A stretch of 59,341 nt of DNA, counting the filler, from Dirinaria sp. TL-2023a (lineage: Eukaryota), in NCBI GenBank assembly GCA_051941275.1. It is 7 parts of 7 records of this genome, joined end to end, with 100 filler letters (N's around TTAATTAATTAA, not from the genome) between each part and the next. Parts side by side here need not be neighbours in the genome. Positions count along the whole stretch, not along the records: positions 1 to 8,408 come from JAVEBF010001185.1; positions 8,509 to 16,915 come from JAVEBF010001186.1; 5 more parts are not named here. One strand, written 5' to 3'. Under the pieces are notes generated by a model that did not search any database, had not been told where the DNA came from, and was given only the letters and a program-made list of their open reading frames with translations. The translations under genes and the position numbers were made by a program. Positions 1-9,143 of the stretch are shown here, piece by piece; positions within the stretch are counted from its first letter, which is position 1; each line of letters opens with the position of its first letter.

Positions 1-448
1 GCACCAAGGAGAATGAAGAATTCTCTTCTTTCTCTCTGATGACAAAGAGGCGATTTGCGGGCAGATTGCCATGCCTAGTTCAAGGACTTGCTGAACGGCG
101 ATTTACAGTGGAGAGATCCCCCTCTCGCTGGACGCAAGGGGAACGTTTTCCGCTTTCCTAAAATAGGATGAATAGAGTCACAGTACTCTTTTAAAATGTA
201 GACACGAGGATGGTCTATAGCATATTGAAAGGTCCTCTCCTACCTTTTGAAAACGTCTGTGGTTCATTATTAAGACTCGATACTTTCATATCCGTGATCC
301 GGACGGCTTAGCTACTTCCGGCAGATACCACCCTAAGCCTTGTGCCCGAGTGCAGAGGCACACATAATACTATACAGATTATCTCAACATCGCAGCATTA
401 TTAATCAGAAAAATTTTCCCTCCCCACACGCCTGACACCATCCATTGC

Positions 449-2778
449 TCACCTCCCGCGACGAGCTTGCCGAGCCCGATCGTCACCAGCCAGTTCGAAG
501 ATATGCTTGGCCGGAACCCGTGGCTTAGCATCGGAAGGCTGCTCAACGGTGGCATCCACTCTCGACCCTCGGGCGGATCTATCCGCGATCTCGGCCGCGG
601 TAGCGGAGCCGGGAAGCTCTTGCTTCGGTCGATCCACAGCCCTGTAGGCGGGTAAATCATGATCCCGATAGTTGCTCGTATCTAGCTCCAAGGGTCGGAG
701 GGCGTTGTTGTTGCTGTTGCCACGTTCGCGCTCGAGTCGCTCGAGCCGTTCTTCGAAACGATGCAGCGGCGAGGACGGGTCGGAGATCATCGTCATCGTG
801 GTGCCGTTCGTGGAATTAGGTTGCTCCTTGCGGCTGCTTGTAGGGCTGCTGGGCCACGATTCTTTGCCCTGCTCCGCCCCGTGAACGAGGGCAGACGACG
901 TTGTTTCTTGTTGACGGCTTCGCCGCTTTCGGAAGAACAAGAACAGGCAGAAAAGCACCAGCACGACTGCGATAACGACGCCGACGGTTATCCCTGCGAT
1001 GGCTCCTTTGCTTAGTTTGTTACCCCCGGTTTTGGCGGAGTCGGCTCCGGAAGTCGGGGTATTGGCAGCGGCTGAGGCATTGTGGTTGATCGTAACAATG
1101 TTGGTTTTTTTACCGCTGAAGTCGGCCTGCGAAATTGAGAAATTTCCAGCCTCGTAGTCGGCTAGGATATATGCTTCCTGAAGGAATGCCCGGCCGAGAA
1201 CAAACTGCGACGCATTCCGGGAACATTGCAATGGAAAGTAGTTTGTGCCGTTCGCGGTTATGGGCGCGGTGGTTTGGAGGTCAAACGCCTGATAAGATAC
1301 AGTGATGTTAACGGAATGGGTGGCTGATTGACCGAATTGGAAAGTCAGAGGCGGGTTCGCCTTGCGCAGCTTTCCGTGCACCGACGCATTAAGTTGGTAC
1401 AGATTCAGTGCCGGAATCCATGTAAGACCAAACGCGCTTTCAAATAAAGGGCACGCCGCCTGAGGAAGTTGGAGGAAAGGAAGTTCGGAGTCAATGGCTA
1501 CTGTGATATTGGAAGGGAGGAGCGTCACGTTGCCCCCTAGGGTACTTGAGGCGATTATGGATTGGAGTCCCGCTTCAAGCCTAGGCGCCGCGGCGCCAGA
1601 ATTGGAAATGGGGAAGGTCAAGTCATTAGGAATGAAGCGAGAAGAATCGTAGCCTCCGAGAGTGAGACTTCCCAGTACGCCTTGTTCTCCTTTTTGCAAG
1701 TCACGGTTAGTGGGGGGGAAATTTTCAAGAATGGATTCTTCTTTGCTCACTGTAGATTGCTCCTGCTGTATACCCAAAGGACATGCTAGGTATCAAACCT
1801 TCACTTTTCAGAACCGTCAATGCACTGGCCGCAGTTTTGTTGAAGTGAGAGCTGTTCGATGGCTGCAAACCTAACAGGCCCAGGAAAAAAGGTTCGATAG
1901 GAGCGCCTGATACGACTGTTTTCTGGTTCAAACTCAAGCCAGCAGCCGATGTTGGACCCAGGCCTACGACATCCATCCCAAAGCTACCGTCGTCAGGAGC
2001 ACGGAAGCTGGCCGGAAGCGCTTCGTCCAGTTGAACCGTGTAGTTGCCAACCGCATTCCATGTCGAAGATTGGGCTCCCCAAAATCCCAACGCCGCGGAT
2101 GGATTCGCGGCACCTGGATCTTTCGGCGAACTCGAAGCATCATAGTCGTCCCCCGTGCACGGGCAACCGATGTACGCCTGCGTGCAAAACCCACTGACTC
2201 CATTGCAGCCTGCTGAATTGCACGTTCCCGGGTTCGCGCCGCAACAATACTGGCCAGCGCAAGGTCCGGTCGTGCATTTGCCGTCGATCGAAACGCAGTA
2301 TTGGCACGATGGCCCTCTGTTCGCTGAGCATGTGAAACCGGCATCGAGGATCGAGACATTGGTGGACACAGCTGTCGAAGGAGACTTGAAAGGCTCAACG
2401 CCGCGAGCATTCCCGCAGTTGCTCACGCTGTTGGAGCAATTGAGAGGGAGAGGCACGTAAGTAATTGGGCTCGCGATCGAAGGTAGGACACGGAAATACT
2501 GTGACGGCGTGCCGATTCGGATCACGAATGTTGACCAAGCACCGTCATTGCCATCCCAATTTTGCGATGGAATAAATGAGAAAGCTTGCGGTGGTGAAGG
2601 AATCGAGGCGCGAGGGATGAGCTCGTTGACGTGACCGCCGAACATGGCTGTCACCTACAGAGTCATGCAAATGGCTGTAATCTGAAGAACATACAAAACA
2701 AAGAAAGCCCAGGGCGCGGCCGAGAATTAATGCTCCCGTCCCCTCTGTCTTAAAACCTGGAAATCTCATTCGCCCCAT
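449..2778 (-). CDS. Type I membrane pepsin-like (A1) aspartic protease homolog, probably catalytically inactive, with a Cys-rich insert; about 742 aa, 3 exons (2778-2695, 2654-1751, 1689-449)
   Basis: Family motifs WDGNDGAWSTFVIRIGTP, SMSFGYTAGA, GSLTLGGYD, IDS and FVLGRAFLQEAY..ADYE. Hydrophobic N-terminus and a TM helix GAIAGITVGVVIAVVLVLFCLFLFF followed by RKRR. GT-AG introns 2655-2694 (40 nt, weak branch site) and 1690-1750 join the ORFs in frame. Confidence 0.85.
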
Positions 2779-4911
2779 TGTACCTCGTTCAGGATAGCGG
2801 TACGAGCGGAGGCCGCCCATTCCTGAGTTGCTGTTAGGCATTTTTGGCAGATGCTCAGATTGAAGTCGAGGTGTGAGTTGATAACGGACCTGATTGGGAC
2901 GGCTAATCGAACATTCTACACGGATGTTGTAGGGACGAGCCGTGTTTCAGAACCTCCCACACCAATACTCCCCACTAGTGGATTTGTAATGGTCCAAGCA
3001 CCGTCCTATGGACGTATTATTGCTTGGCCAGCAAGTTCTCTCGGACGAGGCTTTTTTAGCTTCTCGCTGGCCTTCACTTCGTGTTCATTATTGTGTTATT
3101 ATCACCAGCTGGCAGCTACCTTCAAATGCTGCCATGTGGCACAGCACACTTGCTTCCATCTCCGCACCTGTGCCGATCGGAATGTTTTCTGGTGGGTCGG
3201 TCGTGAATCTCGAGATCGTCGAGCTTCAGTCTGCCCGGACCCATTAGGTGCCTGTGCTACACACTATGGGAGATATAAGTGTGACACCGTCACCTTAATC
3301 ATACCAAAATTAGTCCCACGAGCGGCCCGCTCGAGGTGACGCAAAAGTTCAAACCATCAGGGTCATGGAGAAGTACTAAGGTACCTTAGTACCTTACCTT
3401 AGATTGGCAATGTTGCATGTTTGCGCAGGTTCGATTGTTCCTGCGTCGGGGCCGAAACCTCGGTCTGAAACCAATCCCTGAATCAACAGCTGTAAAACAC
3501 AAGCGTACAGATATCATTTTTGAGTCTCGAGAGTTTGGGGCAGTATGATTTTGAGGGGCTTTGCGATATACCCTGTAGCCATCGATGCTTATGACGGAGC
3601 GTGTGAAAAGCGCCACGATTGACACGATTGTTACGATCATCGTCTAGATCAGCGGTACGTCGTCAGGCACATCCCCCGAAATGGGTACTGATTGACTTCC
3701 ATCACACTCCACCAATGAAGTTGTTGCGTAGGCGAGATCGGTTAGCTGCTTGGTCTAAGGGAGGTAGCTAACCGTATACGGAGTATAAGAATGCCCGCGA
3801 GTGATAACCCGGCCTTCTTACCTAACGTTTTCAAGACCCTTGGGAATAATAATGCTTTTATCTCAGAAGACTACTTCTTTTCGTCAATTTTCAATTGACT
3901 TGGGAATATATTATTATACTCAGTCGAAAATCTTTTTGCGTCTATGACCTATCGGAATCTGAATTTTGATAACTCTGTCAGGGTCTCTGCAAATGATGTC
4001 ACTACACTATTCTAGAAAATTTCGAAGCTTTTAAATTCGCTCTCAAATGTTGATGTTTTCATTCTTGCTGATGCTCGAAGACCAAGAAAAGGGTCCTGAA
4101 AACGCTCAAGTACCTACCTTAGGTAAATTGTGGGGGACAGGTAGGTAAGGTACCTTAGGTTTCTTAGGGTTCTTCAACCCTAAGGACTCGGTCTAAAGTG
4201 TCTGCCAACTTTGCTGGAAAAGCATTTGGTGGAAAAGCGTTCGCTTCTTCTGAATTACACCTTGCAGCATCTTAATGGCGTGGCTAGAATGTACTCTGCA
4301 GCGCTGCATGAAGATCAGTGCCTGCAACGCCGACTAAATTAGCTGCTCATAACCGAGCAGTAATTGCCTATCACGCTCCACTGAAGTCGATCATGATGAT
4401 CTCTCCAATCCAACAATAGCAGTGCAAAGATCAGTACATCGATTATCACTGCTCTTAATTGTATCTCGCTTTGAGACGACCGATTATACAGCACAATCTG
4501 GACAAGTATTGCGTGGTAAGTCTTGCTACGAGTTGAATCAGTGGATAGTGAAGAATGGGCATGACGTCTCTGTCAATGCCGTATGAGATGCAGCCTGTTT
4601 CTTGTTGTTCGCATTTTTGCATTCAGTATGATGCGCTGACACTATCGAATGTCTTGGACTTGGATTAATTCCAGTGCTGCCTTCTAGGCTTCAGTCCTTG
4701 CTTGAGATTACTGCCACTAGGCTGATCCTTCGCCAAGCATAAGTGCATAAAACCGTTGGACATTTCTTTTTTATACCTGAACCTATTGTGTATCTCGATA
4801 GCGGCACTGGAACACACGGCTCTCAGCTCTTGTGACTGTCTCGAACTATCTATAATACATTTCGAGAGAGCTTTGGTTGCCAAATCATCCTTTCCCCTAC
4901 AGAAAAACAGA

Positions 4912-7854
4912 ATGGAGTATAGCGGCAGCGTATACTCACAGATTCTAGACGATGTCACCAAAATAAAGCTGGAGGAGCTTGTAAAGAAGCGAGCGAGCTT
5001 TGAGGCCCAGCGACAACAGATCATTTCTGGTTCCGAAATCCATTATGATGTCACTAACGCCCGTGCCATTGAAAATCTCGCTCAGATGTTACAGAAAATG
5101 AGAATTTGCTTTGCAGTGTCGACCTCAGAGAGCCAAGTCTCCAGAAGTAGTTCCAACAGTCCAGGCCTAGAGAAAGATCTGGAGAAACATCTGAAGAATC
5201 TCGACCGATTCCTTGCGCAGGCACGGTATGATCCATCGGTGTCTCCAATGCTTCTGCAACAGTGGAGGCAGACTTTGCTTCGATATTTGAAGATACACTC
5301 ATTGAAGCTGGCTTATGCCACGTTATATGGCAATTTAACTGAGGAATGGCTATCTAATATGGGAGATTCTGTGAATGCAACTCACGAGAAGGACTCTGAG
5401 TTGGAAGACTTTGAATACGTTTCCGCTGGTAAACGGGTAGAGTATCGAGCCAATTGGGAGAAGTCAGTATTCGAGGCCTCGAACGTCGACCAAGCCGCCA
5501 TTACCGAGGCGCTTCGTGCTCTATTCGAATCCAAACCCCAAAATTCCAATCATCTCCTCAACGCTTTGACGCATTTGCGCGCAAGCGTAAAAAGCTTCGA
5601 GGAAGAGCTCGCAGAGCCGGAATACTTCACCATTGATACTCTTCAATGGGCAATCAAAGGCCTTATTGCCTCAGACCTCTTGCAAGAAGAGAAGCGTGCA
5701 ACCTTGCGAGACTTCGTTGGGAATGATTCGGTACTCAATGAGATAGCAGACGTACTGAACATGCGGATCGCCGCCCTTGATGATTGGTCGTGGGGCAAAG
5801 AAGTCCTGCTTGAGGAGCACCGCGAATTGAACGGGAATTTCACAATTCATATGCATGAGGACCTTCTACAGGCTATATTCCTTCAGGACATCGGCACCCG
5901 GTGGTCTGTCTTTTGGAAGCATGCCTTCGCGTCTTTTCGCAAACGTAAGGGCGTCTGGAAGATATCGCGGACTTCAGTCGACCACATAGCCAAGAAGCGG
6001 CAGGAGTCTTTCCTACTGGGTATGGACGTGCGTCCGAATTACAGTTCCAGAAAGCAAACTATCTATCGCGAAGGCTATTTTTTGTCACAACTTCTCGACT
6101 CCGAGACCGAAGAAGCGTTTTGCGAAGAAGGGGACGAAGAAGCTAATTTCGAGATGCATGTTGCAAAGCGAGCTATGCAGACAGCCCACCGGAGCACCGG
6201 CAGAAACGCGCCTCGAAAACAGCTAGCGAGTAAAGCTGCTCGGAAAGCAACTCCATCGACGGAGGATATACCGGAAGTTCTTGACGAGACGGAAGACGAT
6301 GACTATGACGGTTCCTATAGACCCAAGAGCAGGATGGAAGCCAAGCAGAACCTGCTTCATCTCCTATCCACGGAGATTCTTATCAAGACCCGGCTACATG
6401 GAGAACTTACCTGCTTTCGCTCCCAGATTGATAATCTATACCCGTCACTTCCACATCGCACCATTGAAACGATCCTTGAATTTTTCGGGGTTTCTAAGAA
6501 ATGGCTTCAATTCTTCGATCGTTTCTTGAAGGCGCCCCTTCGATTTAAGGATGATGAATCCGTAGAGGCTCGCCTACGCCAGAACGGCACTCCGGCATCT
6601 CATGTTCTGAGTGACGTTTTCGGAGAAGTCGTGCTGTTCTGCCTCGACTTTCAGACCAATCAGGAGACAGGAGGAGAACTGCTTTGGAGGATGCATGACG
6701 ATTTCTGGTTCTGGTCCTCTGATCATGCGACATGCGTCAAGGCTTGGGCAAGCATTGGGCGCTTTGGGAGGACGATGGGTATAGGAGTCAACAATGCACG
6801 CACTGGTGCAGTACGGATGCGGCGGAGTTCCAAAGAGGTGGATGATTTAGTGCCACTTGATGTTGGGAGCGAATTGCCTCGTGGACAGATCAGGTGGGGT
6901 ATGCTGTACTTGAATCCAACCTCAGGGCTCTTCGAAATCGACCAAAATATGGTCAATGAACATATTCTCGAGCTTAATCGGCAGCTTGCGAACAAGAAGG
7001 AAAATACCTTTGCATGGATACAAGCATGGAACAGCTACGCAGCGACGTTCTTTACTTCTAATTTCGGGAAGTCTGCGCAATGCTTTGGCCGTCAGCACGT
7101 GGATAACATGCTGGCCACTCACGAGCGCATTCAACGCCAATTTTTTCCATCTTCAGCAGAAAGAACAATCTCAGATGCGCAGGAAAACGGCGGTAGCGTC
7201 ATCGATTACCTAAGAAAGACGATCGAGCAACGCTTCGGAGTCAAAGATATACCCGATGGGTACTTCTATTTCCCATCCGAGCTTGGCGGGCTGGAGGTAC
7301 GTAACCCGTTCATCGGCCTACTGCAAATCCGGGACGCAGTACACGAACGACCCGGTAAACTGCTCGACGACTTCCTCGAGGCGGAGAAAGAGGCATATGT
7401 GCGCGACAAGGCCCGGTTCGAGAAGTTGCGCAGCGGCAATCCCACCACCAGACATCTCCATCCAACGCGGCAGGATCCCGGCTACGACGCCGAAGACACC
7501 TTCCTCTCTTTCAAGGAATACTCGAGTTATCGCGAAGAGCTCCATTACGGCTTCAAAAACGAGTTACTCGAAGTATTCACCACGCTGCTCGAAAGACCTG
7601 CGCCGAAAAGCATTGAGACGGCAGATAACGGGAACGTGAGGAACGCATTGAAGGCTCTTGGCGCCCGACCTGGTTTGCGTGGGGGTATACGGGCGAATTG
7701 GGACTTGATGGAACCGTACTGGAAATGGGTCGCGCAGTTGTACGGGCCGGAGATGATCGATGCTTTCGGAGGCTTTTGCGTCGTCGATCAGAGTTTGTTG
7801 CCGATGGGGTTATTGAGCATGCTGAGAAGTGGGAGGGTCAGTTGGCAGGAGTGA
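4912..7854 (+). CDS. rvt: Reverse transcriptase-related cellular protein (RVT family), 980 aa, intronless
   Basis: First in-frame ATG at 4912 ([27 protein letters not shown], coiled-coil N-terminus typical of fungal RVT). RT motifs: [27 protein letters not shown] (motif A region), [14 protein letters not shown] (motif B'), [11 protein letters not shown] (motif C, MHDD at 6691-6702), IRWGMLYL. C-terminal [15 protein letters not shown] and [10 protein letters not shown]. No gag, integrase, RNase H, endonuclease or LTRs are visible. Confidence 0.92.
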   Translation: [980 protein letters not shown]

Positions 7855-8408
7855 GAGTACTGCAAAATTAATGGTCCTTGCAACGATACGAAGAGAATAT
7901 TCAGTAGCAAAAAAACAGATGCAACTTCCCAAACTTGACACAAAAGTATTATATGTAGACTTTCTCCATCATATGTCATTCAACAGCCAAAAAATCCTCT
8001 CATCGATCAAAGGATCCCAAATATTATATCCCGACGTCTCACTTACTTACCTTACATCTCTGAATCCATTCACAAAAAGTGCAGTCGGAAGTATTCTAAT
8101 TCATGCTTGCACGGGTACTATACGGGCATCGATTAAATATTGACAGTGATTCTTAGAAATGAGGTGAGAAAAAGGATTCGCAAGCTGGAATCGGTGGTGT
8201 GGAGAGATAGAGTAGTGTACAGGTAGCGAGGTGGGTGTGTGGTAGTTTTAGAGATGTTAATTGAGAGAGAGGGAGCTTACTTGGAACGGATAATTTTACA
8301 GATATCTAGTCCGCTGTTCCATACTCGAATTCACAGCAAAACTGATTACAAACCATCGTCCGCTTATATACATTTCCAAGCTATGAGCTTCGTTTCTAGG
8401 TACCAATA

Positions 8409-8508
8409 NNNNNNNNNNNNNNNNNNNNNNNNNNNNNNNNNNNNNNNNNNNNTTAATTAATTAANNNNNNNNNNNNNNNNNNNNNNNNNNNNNNNNNNNN
8501 NNNNNNNN
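8409..8508. other. Artificial contig spacer (N44-TTAATTAATTAA-N44)
   Basis: Identical 100-nt linker with stop codons in all six frames, seen six times in the window. Confidence 0.99.
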
Positions 8509-9143
8509 GTAAATAAGCATGCTAAAACTAATAAATGCTAAGCCGAGCTCATGTTGTGCTCAAATTCCGTGTCGTAAGATGTGCAGATTCATCATCCAGA
8601 TGTGATGATGTGTGTTCTTCGTCGAAGGGCTTGTTGTGCCCGTAAAGATCAGTCGTGGCTGGATAGCCAAAGTAGTTCTTGAGGTGATTTTTGAAGTCAC
8701 CAGGCAACAACTGTTGCTCACAAAGACCGTCCGTCGCTCAAATCGTTCTTTTTCCAATCCAGGTCGATCGATCAATTAAGGCCAATCAAAGATCCATAAT
8801 CGTTGTGTCCATCTGCGTATCTCGAAATCGTGATAGCGGTGTCCAGATTAAGGGATCAAGTAAACCATGGATTCAAATCCGTATCGTAAAGTGCTGACCA
8901 TCCGCGTTTCCTGACAGCGATAGTCAGAAGATGTCGGCGATGGTGCCAGAGCTAAGCAAAAACTTTTGTCCAAGCCAATCGTTGCCAGATTGGAGTGCAG
9001 TAAGGAAAACTTGCTGAAAGGAAATGAGTGTCGTCTGTGTTCAAAGCCATAAAGATGCTATTCATGAGTCGTAACCTGTTTTGCTGAACCGTAACGCCGA
9101 TGAAATTCGAAAAGACGTAACGGAACTCTGTGGATTCCCATCT

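Noticed and set aside
4756..4911. N-terminal 52-aa extension of RVT given by the ORF track
   Set aside because: It starts at TTG. The first ATG at 4912 matches the usual RVT N-terminus.
6166..6261. A separate histone H3 gene or pseudogene
   Set aside because: There is no histone fold downstream (no KPHRYRPG or later sequence), and the segment is in frame within the continuous RVT ORF.
4912..7854. Retrotransposon, retron or group II intron
   Set aside because: No LTRs, gag, protease, RNase H, integrase or endonuclease, and no evident structured ncRNA. The motifs fit the cellular RVT family.
8453..8464. TTAATTAATTAA repeated at ~8.5-kb intervals as a biological repeat or piggyBac TTAA target
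   Set aside because: It is always centred in N runs of identical length, which marks a synthetic six-frame stop linker.
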